Of a stretch of 64,000 bases of DNA, positions 1 to 12,843 are shown one piece after another (position 1 is the first letter of the stretch; each line of letters starts with the position of its first letter). The stretch lies in the NCBI RefSeq assembly GCF_039654945.1, contig NW_027361690.1, forward strand, positions 63,302,001-63,366,000, written 5' to 3'. The position numbers and the translations under genes were made by a program. The notes below the pieces were generated by a model. It was not told where the DNA came from, did not search any database, and worked only from the letters and a program-made list of their open reading frames with translations. Source of the stretch: Dendrobates tinctorius (taxonomy: Eukaryota).

Positions 1-1176
1 TCCAGCCAAAAACGTCAAATGGCGCTGCTTCCCTTCCGAGCTCTGCCATGCGCCCAAATAGTCATTTACACCCACATATGGGGTATCAGTGTACTCAGGA
101 CAATTTGCACAATAACTTTTAGGGTCCTGTTACCCTTGGAAAAATAAAAATTGGGGGTGAAAAGATCATTTTTGTGGAAAAAATATGGTTTTTTAATTGT
201 ACCGCTGTACGTTATAAACTTCTGTTAAGCCCTTGTGGGTTCAAAGTTCTCACCACATATCAAGATAAGTTCCTTGGGGGGTCTAGTTTCAAAAATGGGG
301 TCAATTGTGGGGGTTTCCACTGTTTAGGTACATCAGGGGCTCTCCAAACGTGACATGGCGTCCGATCTGAATTCCAGCCAATTTTGCATTGAAAAAGTCA
401 AACGGCGCTCCTTCCTTTCTGAGGTCTGCCATGCGCCGAAACAGTGGTTCCCCCCCACATATCAGGTATCAGCGTACTCAGGACAAATTGCACAATAACT
501 TTTGCAGTCCAATTTCTCCTGTTACCCTTGATAAAATAAAAAAAATTGAACCTGAATTATTTTTTTTGTGAAAAAAAGTTAAATGTTCATTTTTTTTTTA
601 AATATTCAAAAAATTCCTGTGACGCACCTAAAGGGTTAATAAACTTCTTGTGGTTTTGAGCACCTTAAGGGGTGCAGTTTTTAGAATGGTGTCACTTTTG
701 GGTATTTTCTATCATATAGACCCCTCAAAGTGGCTTCAAATGTGATGTGGTCCGTAAAAATAAAATGGTGTTGCAAAAATGAGAAATCGCTGGTCAATTT
801 TTAACCCTTATAACTTCCTAACAAAAAAAAATTTTGGTTCCAAAATTGTGCTGATGTAAAGTAAACATGTGGGAAATGTTATTTATTAAGTTTTTGTGTG
901 CCGTATCTCTGTGATTTAAGGGCATAAAAATTCAAATTTGGAAATTTTCGAAATTTTCACCAAATTTCCGTTTTTTTTCACAAATAAACGCAAGTTATAT
1001 GAATGAAATTTTACCACTAACATGAAGTACAATATGTCACGAGAAAACAAGGTCAGAATCACCGGGATCCATGAAAGCGTTTCAGAGTTATAACCTCATA
1101 AAGGGACAGTGGTCAGAATTGTAAAAATTGGCCCGGTCATGAACGTGCAAACCACCCTTGGGACTTAAGGGGTTAA
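1..1176. mobile_element. Right end of a non-autonomous piggyBac-like (TTAA) element with internal ~370-bp degenerate repeat
   Basis: Ends AAGGGG-TTAA at 1167-1176 (CCC terminus plus TTAA target). 1-150 is repeated at ~374-530. Reverse-complement homology to ~25900-26320. Confidence 0.65.
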
Positions 1177-1231
1177 ACTGGAATATATCATTTTCCACTG
1201 GGACAATACATGTCATAGAAAAAGCTATTAT

Positions 1232-1653
1232 TTAGCTCCTTCACACGAGATTTTGCTTCAATTTAACGTTTGTTATAAAATCAGAAAATCTGAAGCAAAA
1301 TGTGAGTTTTTTAATATGAGATATGAACAATGGATGCTTCTGATTAGGAAAATTTATTGTGAATTCATCCCAAAATTCTCGGTCGTGCATCCGCCCTTTT
1401 TGCGCCGCACCGAGCGCTCAAAAATGCAACACAGTGCGTTTGGCGCACGTCGGCGCAGAGCAAAAAGGGTGGATGCCCGGGCAAAAGTGTACCAGTGCAT
1501 GACCAGCGTACCCAACGATAAGTATAGGGTATGCCAATCGCATGCAGCATCATGCGATCCGAGGAGGAGCTGACCAGAGGAGGTACGGCCAGGGGCGGAG
1601 CTTAGTGGCGGCCCTGTGCTGCGCCCAGTAACGCTAGTGTGAAACTAGCCTAA
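1232..1653. mobile_element. Degenerate PIF/Harbinger-like MITE
   Basis: Right end agtgtgaaactagcc-TAA; left end tta-gctccttcacacg. Same terminal type as the MITE at 41841-42355. Confidence 0.45.
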
Positions 1654-1805
1654 GTGCCCAAGAAAAAATATGCAACTCCAGGTAGAGAAAAGTTAATCCA
1701 TGTGGCAGAAATGACCAGAGTACATATTAGAGATTTGAAAGCTAAGGTATAAGGAAGATATATAATAGAAAAAATTTTGCTACATTACCTTAAGTAGTGG
1801 TGGTA

Positions 1806-1839
1806 CCCCATCGCGTTTCGCATTTGCTTTTTCAAGGGG
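1806..1839 (-). ncRNA. Degenerate minimal hammerhead ribozyme (U3:A8 variant)
   Basis: Minus strand: CCCC-UUGAAAA-A-GC AAAU GC-GAAAC GC GAU-GGGG. U16.1 is mutated to A. Confidence 0.5.
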
Positions 1840-1923
1840 AGTGTGTTTTTTAATATAGTCAGGTAAAATTACCTTTGGGTATCTTTTATACAGTGTGCCG
1901 CTACCTCCTGGATTAGCGCGTCC

Positions 1924-1959
1924 GCCCCGACGCGCGTTTCGGCTCCTTTCTCAAAGGGC
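1924..1959 (-). ncRNA. Minimal hammerhead ribozyme in a Penelope pseudo-LTR fragment (U3:A8 variant, shortened stem II)
   Basis: Minus strand: GCCCU-UUGAGAA-A-GGAGCC-GAAAC GCGC GUC-GGGGC. The flank (1900-2035) is homologous to the Penelope 3' end at ~37815-37955. Confidence 0.65.
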
Positions 1960-3539
1960 CTGCTACCAACCATGTGTCTCCATTATTTATATCTCCCAGC
2001 CGCAGCGTGGTATACCGTGCGACCAGAAGTGACGCTCACCACCCGGATGTGACACGTCACATCCGGGTGGTGAGCGTTACTTCCAGTCGCACGGACTAGA
2101 AGTGACCACGGTTATCTGATTATATTTGCAGAGTATTATTGTAAATATGGGTATGAGGGTTATTGCCAGGCAAGCGGCATTGTTTTATGGTTGACATCTA
2201 AATCATAATCTGTGATGTGGCCTATACAGCTTGCGATATAATTATGGCTATATTAATATTTGTAGTAGTTTATTATTAGGTCTTTTTCAGTTCTGCCCCT
2301 TGTAGCTGCAATATATTGCTGACAGTCCCTATGTCTATCCATTTTCGTGGTAGCTGTCTCTTCCTGGATTTGCGCGCTTAATGAGTGACTGTGAGCAATG
2401 AGTGTATCTGTACTCTCCTACTTCGCCAGTTTTGGCAGTATGGCTTTAATGAATTTGTTTCAATAAAAATTATATTTTTATACACACAAATAATTGCCTT
2501 GTGAGCATCCTTTTTCCTATGGTTCTATGAGGTACCGGCAGACGCGGAGGGTCCTCTTCAATCCTCTTCCATGCACTTCCATATTATGTGAATATGTCAT
2601 CGTACCCGGGGGAATCCCTTTCATTATTCCTAGCTAGGGACTCCCTTGGTTAAGAAGACTCTCCACACAGGTAAGGACCTTGGCAAAGGGGAGAGAAGCG
2701 ATTTTTATTTTCTCAATAAGATAAAGTGTACACGGGCGCTACCTATCTAGAAGCTAGAACTCAGATGCAGCTGGAAAGGAGACAGGACTGTGTCGTTTCC
2801 GGTTTTAAAACTGAAAAAATATGTAATTATATAGCTTACCGCGCTATACTTAGTGGATGTGTAGAAAAAGGGGAGAGGTCTTTAGTTGTGGGTGGATAAA
2901 AGAATTATTAATTCAGTTGTTAGTACTTACTTCAAATGATGGAGTTGTAGAATATTCTATGTAGTTTGAGGTGGTTATCTAGCGAATACCTCGCCAATGG
3001 TTTTGTGATGATGTTTTCTTGTAGTAGTCGGTGATGCTGATAAAGTAATAAAGGTAAAATTAAAATAACAGTAGTGTTAATATCCCACACTGAACCTTTT
3101 ATATTCACTGTACTCACTAGTGATTTCTAAGTGTTTCTATTCCATTTGGAGTGGTACAGTGGTACTTGCTGATGGCCCAATAGCACAGTGCTGTACGGGA
3201 AAGGGGTTGGACTTAATTAGTACCAGTGACCGTAAGCTGGACACTAAGTCACAGTTACAGGGACACGTCTGCACTTACTTGCACTTGTTTTATGTTGAGA
3301 AAAAGTAAGCAGGAACAATATTCACTAATATGAGCATTGTAGTGAGGCTTTGACTGTAAAAAAAGATTATATTCACTATATGGATTATAGAGGCCGCATG
3401 AATTGTGGCATGTGTTAAAAGGGCGCACTGACACTCTTTTGGCCCCAGGCACACGAAAACCTCGCGCCAGCCCTACCCCCCCCACAACTTTAGCCAAATA
3501 ACCCCCAGTTTTCAATGCTTAACTATTATAAAGTTAATT

Positions 3540-3784
3540 AAGGTTGCCAAGCTTAAGTAATAAGAATTGATGTCGTTGGCATTGAAATGGGCACTGTTGG
3601 TGTGTTTACTGTCCTCCACTCTCAGCCGACTTTGCTTCCCCATTGACTTGCATTGGGTTTCGTGTTTCAGTCGGACCCCTACTTTTCCCTATAGTTGGCC
3701 GATTTCGTTCGACCCGACTTTTTAGAAAGTCGAGTTTCATGAAACCCGACTCGACCCAAAAAAAGGCAAAGTCGCTCATCTCTA
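3540..3784. mobile_element. hAT-type terminus (TAGAGATGAGCG TIR)
   Basis: Ends cgctcatctcta at 3784. Close reverse-complement match to 56149-56395. Confidence 0.6.
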
Positions 3785-3925
3785 GTTCAGACAGCTAGAT
3801 AATCATGAACCGAGTTCCTAGGAGGCTCCTGTGCTGTGTAATTGGATGACATTAGTTTGATGGACCTTTCTCATCTTATCTGTAGGAGTTTAGTTGTCTA
3901 CTATCCAGATGTATTGTTCCATACC

Positions 3926-5440
3926 TTAACCCCTTAATCCCATGTGACGTACGTCACAGCGATCAGCGGCGCCCACGTGGTGAGCGCCGCTGATCGCGGC
4001 CGGGTGTCAGCTAATTATCACAGCTGACACCCGGCACAATGTGTCAGGGGTGGTCACGAACCGCCCCCGACATGTTAACCCCTTGCACACCGCGATCAAA
4101 CATGATCGCGGTTTACCGGGGGTTAAAGGGAAGCATCGGCAGGGAGGGGGCTCCCTCTGTGCTTCCCTGAGCCCACCACTGCAGTGCAATGTGCAGCGCT
4201 GCTGCGTGGGTCTCTTTCCCTACAGGTCCCCGGATCCAAGATGGCAACGGGGACCTTCGGGGGCCTGTAGGGAGCTGACTTCTTCAGTGCCTGCAAAGCG
4301 CAGGCATGAGGAAGTCTGCGTCTATGCCTGTGACAGATCGCTGATCTGTCACAGTGATCTGTGATGTGACAGATCAGCGATCTGTCAGAGGACAGTGATG
4401 TCCCCCCTGGGACAACCTAATAAAGTTAAAAAAAAGTGTAAAAATAATTTTAAATAAATTAGAAAAAAAAAATATTCCCCATTAAATTAATTTTTTGGAA
4501 ATAAAAAAATAAAAAACCAATAAAAGTACACATATTTGGTATCACCACGTCCGTAACGACCTGCCCTATAAAATGGTCCCAATTAGTTAACCCCTTTAGT
4601 GAACCCCTTAAAAAATAAAAATAAAAAACGAAGCAAAAAATAATGATTTATTATCTTACCGCCGAACAAAAAGTGCAATAATGCGCGATCAAAAAGACGC
4701 ATATAAATATCCATGGTACTGCTGAAAATGTCATCTTGTCCCGTAAAAAACGAGCCAGCATACAGCATCATCAGCAAAAAAATAAAAAAGTTATAGCTCG
4801 CAGAATAAAGCAATGCAAAAATAATTATTTTTTATATAAAATAGTTCTCATTGCATAAAACCACCAAAACATAAAGAAACAACATAAATGAGGTATCACT
4901 GTAACCGTACTGACCTGAAGAATAAAACTGCTTTATCAATTTTACCGCACGCGGAACGGTGTAAACGCACCCCCCAAAAGAAATTCATGAAATGCTGGTT
5001 TTTGTTCATTCTGTGTCCCAAAAATCGGAATAAAAAGCGATCAAAAAATGTCACATGCCCGAAAATGGTACCAATAAAAACGGCAACTCGTCCCGCAAAA
5101 AATAAGACCTTGCATGACTAGGTGGGTCAAAATATGGAAAAATTATAGCTCTCAATATGTGGTAGTGCAAAAACTATTTTTACAATAAAAGGCGTCTTTT
5201 AGCGTGTGACAGCTGCCAAACATAAAAACCCGCTATAAATAGCAAATCAAACCCCCGTTATCACCCCCTTAGTTAGGGAAAAATAATAAAATTAAAAAAA
5301 TGTATTTATTTCCATTTTCCCATTAGGGTTAGGGCTAGGGTTAGGGCTGAGATTAGGGTTAGGGGTGTGTTGGGGTTAGGGTTGGAGTTAGAATTGGGAG
5401 GTTTCCACTGTTTGGGCACATCCAGGGCTCCAAACTATAA
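3926..5440. mobile_element. Non-autonomous piggyBac-like element, cut by a CR1 insertion
   Basis: Starts TTAA-CCCCTT at 3926; many internal palindromes; reverse homology to 31001-32243. Confidence 0.65.
5323..5390 (+). repeat. Degenerate telomere-like (TTAGGG/CTAGGG)n tract inside the piggyBac-like element
   Basis: ttagggttagggctagggttagggctgagattagggttagggg... Confidence 0.8.
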
Positions 5441-7436
5441 AGAGGGAAGAATAGGAAGCATTTAAGGAAACCAGGATGGATGAACACAGAACTTAAGCAC
5501 TTGCTAAAAAGGAAGAAAGAAATGTTTATAAAATGGAAAAAGGGAGGCATATTTAAAGAAGAATATAATGCTGTCTGCAGAACCTGCAGGGCACGAATCA
5601 GATTAATTAAGCTGACAATGAATTGAGGATTGCAAGAGACATCAAAAGCAATAATAAAGGATTTTGGGGATATGTCAAAAGTAAAAGAAAAGTCAAAGAT
5701 GCTATAGGATTTTTACAGCATGAAAATGATGAAATGGTAAGACAGGATGTTGAGAAGGCCGAACTTTTAATGTCCTATTTTTCATCTGTTTTCTCTCAGA
5801 AAGGAAATGTAGCATCAACTTTTCTTCACTGTCCTATTAAGGGAATAGAAGAATCCAGGATAACTATAAACAGAAATATAGTGAGGAAACACTTAGCTAA
5901 CCTAAATGAATTCAAGTCTCCAGGTCCAGATGAATTACACCCCAGACTATTGAAGAAGGCAGAAGAAATTTTTGAACAACTCTCCATAATCTTTGAAAAT
6001 TCATAGAGAACAGGAGAAGTCCCAGAAGACTGGAGAAGAGCAAATGTTGTTCCTATCTTCAAAAAGGGGAAGAAGATGGACCCAGGCAACTAAAGTATAG
6101 GCCGGTGAGTCTGACTTCTATATCGGAAAAGATCTTTGAGCAAATTATTAAACAACATGTATGTCAGTACCGGGATAAGAATGAAGTGATTAAACAGAAT
6201 CATCATGGGTTTGTAACTGATAAGTCATGTCAGACTAACTTAATTTCCTTCTATGACAGAATCACTGATTGGGGGATCAGGGAATGCTGTAGATATAGTA
6301 TATCTTGACTTCAGCAAAGCATTTGACAAAGTGTCTCACACAATCCTTATTGAAAAAATGACTAAGTATGGAATGTACAAGGCAACTGTTAGGTGGATTC
6401 ATAACTGGCTTAGTGATCGGACCCAAAGAGTAGTCGTAAATGGCTGCACATCCAGTCGGAAGAGTGTCTCAAGTGGGGTACCACAGGGCTCTGTCCTGGG
6501 CCCTGTATTGTTCAACATCTTTATCAATGATTTAGATGAAGGAATTGAGGGTAAACTGATTAAATTTGCTGATGACACAAAGCTAGCTTGGATAGCTAAT
6601 ACTAGAGAAGAGAGAGAAGATTCAAAAAGATATAAATAAACTGGAGCAGTGGGCAGCAACTAACAGAATGGTTTTTAACAGGGAAAAATGCAAAGTACTA
6701 CATCTGGGCAATAAAAATGAAAAAAGCATATACAGAATGGGAGGAATAGGACTAAGCAACAGCACATGTGAAAAAGACTTGGGTATACTAATAGATCACA
6801 GACTGAATATGAGTCAACAGTGTGATGCAGCAGCAAAAAAGGCAAATGCAATTCTCGGATGTATTAACAGAAGCATACAGTCTAGATCACGTGAAGTCAT
6901 TATTGCCCTCTACTCCTCTTTGGTCAGACCTCATCTGGAATACTGTGTCCAGTTTTGGGCATCACATTTTAAAAAAGGCATCAACAAACTGGAGCAAGTT
7001 CAGAAAAGAGCGACTAGAATGGTGACCGGTCTGCAAACCCTGTCTTATGAGGAAAGGTTGCAGGATTTGGGAATGTTTAGCCTGCAAAAGAGAAGATTGA
7101 GAGGAGACTTAATAACTGTCTACAAATATCTCAAGGGCTGTCACATTGCAGAAGGATCATCTTTATTCTCATTTGCACAAGGAAAGACTAGAAGCAATGG
7201 GATGAAACTGAATGGGAGGAGACACAGATTAGATATTAGAAAAAACTTTTTCACAGAGTGATCAATGAGTGGAACAGGCTGCCACGAGAGGTGGTGAGTC
7301 CTCCTCCAATAGAAGTCTTCAAACAGAGGCTGGACAGATATCTGTCTGGGATGATTTAGTGAATCCTGCTTTGAGCAGGGGGTTGGACCAGATGGCCCAG
7401 GAGGTCCCTTCCAACTCTACGATTCTATGTTTCTAT
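5441..7436 (+). mobile_element. CR1 LINE, 5'-truncated, ORF2 (RT) pseudogene
   Basis: Fragmented ORFs with [35 protein letters not shown]. 3' tail gattctatg. Same family as 19993-22765. Confidence 0.95.
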
Positions 7437-8424
7437 TCATTGTTACCATTCACTGCATTGTTCGGTCATTTCAATAAGTTTCCTTTTTGCAGCAGTATGG
7501 TTGTGGAAGTAATACATAAAATTAATTAAACTGGAAAATATTCCTCATTTGAAGGCCATCTTTGATCTGTTGCTGCAAGCCTGCAAAATCTTATAATGGT
7601 GTTTTAAATCCTCTATAATTTGCAAACATTACATTTCCTAAGTAACGCTGTGTTCAATAATCCTCAATTCGGCTACTAAGAAATTCAAGCAGCCATTCCT
7701 AAACCTTTATTCATTTTTAATCCCACAGCTGTTTCCATGGAAATGATCTGATAAGATATAGCCCTTTAGGCAGATGGGCCTATGGAGGATCTTGGCCTAT
7801 ATAAATCAGTGAATATTTTTAGTATTTTCTGAAAGACAGAACATTTCTTCCAACTAATAATTAATCTGAACAATACACTTCTATTTTACTACAACGTAAA
7901 AAAAAATATTTTTTTAATTGCACAAGTACCTTTAGTAGTTTTTGGAAGATTATATGCTTGTCTAAATTTGCCATTTGGCATAGTCATTTCACTGAACCAA
8001 GGGCTGGTAAATAGAGGAAAAATAATACTCCACTGTTTAATTTTATTAAAAAAAAATGTATTGCCTTCCCCTATAGTATAAATCCTCTTCATCTTACTTT
8101 GCTCTATGCTGGGTCTTCAGGCACTGAGGAGTGGCTTCTGACTTGTCATCGCAGTGCACATCATGACATCCCAATGTTCATTCCCAGGGGCATTGACTAT
8201 GCCTTGGGTGATGCACATTGTAATGTTGTGACATCATGATGTGTGCCGCGATGGCACAGTGCGCAGTGCTGTCAAAGACCTAATTGACACCTGAATACCC
8301 AGTGTAAAGTGAAATAAGATGAAAAGGATGTGCTCGATGGTGGAAAGCAAAATGAGGGAACACCGTGTACCATAGAGCTGTGGGGGTGGTGGGTTTTTTT
8401 AGCAGTGAGTACTCCCTAGCACAC

Positions 8425-8945
8425 TGAAGGAAATCTGTCACCAGATTTTTGCTACATCTTCTGAGAGAAGAAGAATGTACAGGCAGAGACCCTGATTCCA
8501 ATGATGAATCACTTAGATTAGAGGGTGCAGCAGTTGTGACACAATGAGAGTTCATATTAGGGCAGAAAGGTGGCTCAGTGGTTAGCATTGCAGTCTTGCA
8601 ATGTTGGGGTCCTGGGTTCAAATCCCACCAAGGACAACATCTGCAAGGAGTTTGTGTGTTCTCTCGGTGTTTGTGTGGGTTTACTCCGGTTTCCTCCCAC
8701 ACTTCAAAGACATACTGATGGGGATTCTAGAATGTGAGCCCAAATGGGACAGTGCCAATAATGTTTGTAAAGCACTGTGGAATTAATGGCACTACATAAA
8801 TGAGTAAAATAAATAAATATTAGCAATGCAGCTCAGAAAGCTGTCCCCTCACCAGGCTTTCTATATACATTATCCATTGACAGTGAGCTGCTTATCAGAG
8901 GAGGAGGTGTTGTTGGCTGGAGGCAGTTAATTCCAGCAATGATAA
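8425..8945. mobile_element. Degenerate T2/Kolobok-type MITE hosting a SINE
   Basis: aaggaaatctgtcaccag start resembles anuran TTAA-AGG MITE ends. Boundaries approximate. Confidence 0.35.
8560..8818 (+). mobile_element. tRNA-derived SINE
   Basis: A box tggctcagtgg, B box ggttcaaatcc, A-rich tail, flanking ATATTAG duplication. Confidence 0.85.
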
Positions 8946-9349
8946 AGTGCCATGTAATAAATTTAATGAGATTCAAATTCCCCTGTAAAGTTCACATTAT
9001 TTGTTGAACTTGAGTTCTGGCAGATTCGATTATATATATAAAGCTCAGTGTATATATGTGTGTGCTTGTATCAAGCCACGCCTATTCCACATAGAGCCGC
9101 CCACTCCACATAGCCACACGGTCCACTTTGTTAGTGCACATGGGCAGAGATACATTCACCTCGAAAGCCACCCTCCAAAACTCAACTGCTGCGACATCCC
9201 AGCCGCTGCGAGCTACAATCAGGGCCGCCACCTTCAGAGTATCAGTGCCCGGCAGGCATAGGCCACATCTAGCTTCATCATATCTAAAATGAAGTTAGTC
9301 CTGTGAGGCATGACGTCAAGGGAAAGGGAGGAGCATCATGGATTACACC

Positions 9350-9964
9350 GCTGTGCTCATAACACGAAGTTGCTGTGCACGTGTAAGGTGAAAATGAGAG
9401 GAGTGAGGGTAAAATAGTGGAGTGAGGGTAAAATGAGAGGTGTGAGGGGAAAATAAGAGAAGTGAGGTGCTGCTGCAGTAACAGGCTGTGTATATAGAAG
9501 AGTGAGGTGCTGAAGGTGGAGGCTGTGTATAACCACGAGTGGGAGAAAAATACAAAAATGGTGATGTGTTTCTAATATACTTTTCCTCTGGTTGTTTTCC
9601 TCCAAGTTTTAGCTTACAAATACTGAGGCAAAAATACTGACCACATAACAAGTGAATGAAGTCTAAAGGAGAAAAGTGTTGTGCTGCAGAAGAAGTAGGC
9701 TGTGTATACGATATGCTTTATTGCAATTAGTGCAATTTCTCTCGGGATCAAGTGTTTCCAGTTGTATATGGAAGAGGAGTATGAGGTGCTGCCAGAGGAG
9801 GTGACTATAAAGGAGAAAATCTGTTCTGCAGAAAAATGCTGCGTATAAAGGAGGAGCGTGAGGTGCAGGAGGAGGCTGTGTAAAAAGGAGCATGAGGTGC
9901 AGGAGGAATATGGACCCTTAACTGCCACCATTAAAAGTCACATTGGCAGTCGTTAAGGGGTTAA
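9350..9964. mobile_element. piggyBac-like element end with degenerate tandem repeats
   Basis: Ends AAGGGG-TTAA at 9964; repeated gaggtgctg...ggctgtgta units. Confidence 0.45.
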
Positions 9965-10142
9965 TATTGTGTTAAAAAACTTTTGCTTCAACAAAATGGT
10001 GCCGGTTGTGTTTCGTGTACCAGTGAGGGAGCGTTGCAACAGCGACAATTTCTTTTTCTTGTGTACGCTCCCACACTGGTCTTCGGAACAGAGTGGGCTG
10101 CTCTTGTGCAGATTGAGAGCATTGCTTGCTGATAGATGCTAT

Positions 10143-11455
10143 TGTGGCGCCCCTGAGGCTCAGTCGCCAGAGGTACTGCACCTTCTCCTAAGGTGTAGTG
10201 CCCCACCAACTAGGTAAGTTGGGAACTCCTTTCCGCACTCCAACACCTGCACCCACACACAGGATAGCTCAGCAATGGACCAGATTGCGGCTCCATGCTT
10301 AGAGGGTAGCAGAGCACCTTTCGTGGGTCCTTGCTTCGTAACACGAGATGTGCTGGGAGGTGGGTGGCGTTAGATATAAAAGAGTGGGAAAGTTTAGAAT
10401 TAGAGTGGAGTCTCAGTCTGACAGAGGGTCAGAGAGGAAGGAAGTCACTCAGATAGGAGTGAGGATCCCTGGAAGAGGGATGGAGGAACGAGTGCTGCAG
10501 CTGCCTCAGTGATCTGAGCCAGCTGGCAAGGGAAAAAGAAGAAAAGGAGAGAGACGTAGAACTGCAACCTAAGCTTCCATAAGAGAGAGAAGGAACAGCG
10601 CGGAATGAAGGAGTAGGAGAACAGAGAGGAGTTGTGGGTTGGAAGAGGAACCCTGCCTATAGGTTCTCAGCGCAAGGCCGGGGCCCCATCCCCGAGGTTG
10701 TATGGACAATTATGGTTCTGCAGCAGACACCGGTGGAGTAGTTGGCTGTAAATGCACTACTCCCATCTAAGACTTGGGACACAACAGCAACACGGATAGA
10801 GCGCTGGGATCCAGGAGGTCCCTGATCAGGCTACAGTTGTCTGTCATACAAGTAGAGTTGTTAGGAACATCTGACAGGAGGAACTTCAGAGTAACCACGG
10901 TACTGGAGCTCTTCACACTAATAGGCGCAATAGTGGAGTCGTTCAGGACAGGTACATGTTGGCGGAGTGTTGGAGAGGAGAAGCCTAACTTGCCCGGGAG
11001 GTTGATTGAGTCTCTGCCCCGGAGGACACGGCATGTAAGCGGGCACCAGTAGTTACCAAGAACTGTGAGTAAAGCATTGAAACTGCAAGCCCTGGTGTCC
11101 TCCATTCCTTCTTGCGTCTGCCAGCACTGCTACATTCCCTGCGCCGGAAACTACACCATCAAGGTGTCCCCACATCTACACTGCCCTGGGACAACAGCCC
11201 TGCCTGTGGAGGGCTATACCACCATTGCTGCATCCCACCATCTGTCCCAGAGGATCTGTCTGCAGCGTCGACTTAACATCTCCCTTGCCGAACACCACAG
11301 GTGGCGTCACGAACTATTCAATTCCATTAACTACACACCACCATTGACATTGGGCGCCCAGGGCCACGGACCGGGTCACCGCTGCCGTGATACTTTCCCC
11401 CTGACACCGGCCCGGTACCGAGTACCCCACTGCCCTGGGACTGGAGGGCGACCCA
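10143..11455 (+). mobile_element. Solo LTR (Gypsy-type)
   Basis: TG...CA termini with 4-bp TSD CTAT (10139-42 and 11456-59). Same family as 38507-39585 and 56935 onward. Confidence 0.8.
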
Positions 11456-11499
11456 CTATTGCGCATGTGCCAGCACCCTTTTGTTGAAGCAAAATTTTT

Positions 11500-12476
11500 C
11501 TTTTTTGAAAACCACAATATTAAATGTGCAGGTGCAGTGTTTAAATTGCGAAGCACGTCACTGAAGGTTCAGTGACCTGTCATTTAAGCCCAGAATGATC
11601 ATGATGAGGCCAGAGCACCAAAAAACATCCGCATACCGGCACGCCCCAGAGTCCCAGCATCTTTTTAACTTAAAACTTCAAACACAGATTAAAAAAAAGA
11701 AACACAATATGGATTTCTCTAACCCAGGTATCATTTTATTCGGTGTGACAGCGCCAACCTAACAATGCCTGTAGTTTAGTTAGCAAAATCCTGATGTCAC
11801 ATTCGCTTTAAAATTACTTAGACATTATTCTATCCAATAGAGTTCCTCAACTCCTTGGAACCACAAGAACTTCCTCCACACAAACTCTTTATAAAACCTA
11901 GAGCACCTATTCTGCTGTTTAGAAATTTAGATCCACCAAAGCTGTGTAATGGAACAAGACTCTTGATTAAGAACATATTTACAAATGTCATTGAAGCAAC
12001 CATTTTGACACAATGTGGCAAAGGGGAGGACATTTTCATTCCAAGAATTCAACTCATTTCATCTTATTTGCATTTTGATTTTAAACACCTCCAGTTTCCA
12101 GTTCGACTGGCATTTGCAATGTCCATTAACAATGCTCAGGGACAGTCTTTGAAAGTAATAATGATCGATTTGCAATCTCCATGATTTTCTCATGGTCAAC
12201 TTTATGTGGTCTGTTCAACAGTTGGAACTACCAAAAATCTGTTAATTTTTGCAGCGGAAGGAAAAACCAAAAATGTTGTTTATTAAAAGGTTCTTAAATG
12301 AGTTGAAAATAAAATACTATCAATACTTGGGTAATCATTTAGGTAATTTGTGTTGCAAATCTGTAGTGTTGGATATACGATGTGAAATGCTTTTATGTGC
12401 AATATAATCATTAGAATTTGTTATAACGATCCACAGTTAGTTACTATGCCCGGGCAACGCAGGGCTCTTCAGCTAG
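11500..12476 (+). mobile_element. Helitron 3' part with PIF1-like helicase C-terminal remnant
   Basis: ORF 11855-12184 has [14 protein letters not shown] and [19 protein letters not shown]. Subterminal hairpin gcccgggcaacgcagggc, then CTAG|T at 12476. 5' boundary uncertain. Confidence 0.85.
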
Positions 12477-12843
12477 TCTATTATCTAACCAAAAAGGGGA
12501 CACTGATAAAAGCTAATTACAAGTCCTTATACAGCTGATGCAAAGATAAAAAAAGTTATGGGTCTTGGAAGGCAGGGATGAAAAAAGTAGGAAGGAACTG
12601 CTGCGTCAAAAGCAAAACCTGGACATGGTAAGGGTTAACACTAGGATGCCTAAATTTACAAACTTCAGTTATAAAAAAAAGAAATGGAGCCTATAGAAAT
12701 ACAAGGAAAAATTGTATTCTAAGCTATGAAAAAGATAAATTTAATGTAGTAAACTAATGAAAGGCAAATGTAACATAGTGAGTTTGTACTGAATCAAGAG
12801 CTATCAGTAAAGTGTGAATATAAACTGCTCAATGGGTACCAAG

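Larger units (their letters stand above)
1780..2640. mobile_element. Penelope-like pseudo-LTR fragments in inverted arrangement
   Basis: HHRs on minus, a 39-bp-arm palindrome at 2015-2094, then an AT-rich tail with AATAAA at 2462. Boundaries approximate. Confidence 0.55.

Noticed and set aside
8560-8630. tRNA gene
   Set aside because: The A and B boxes run into a SINE body and tail that recur at 24769-25006.
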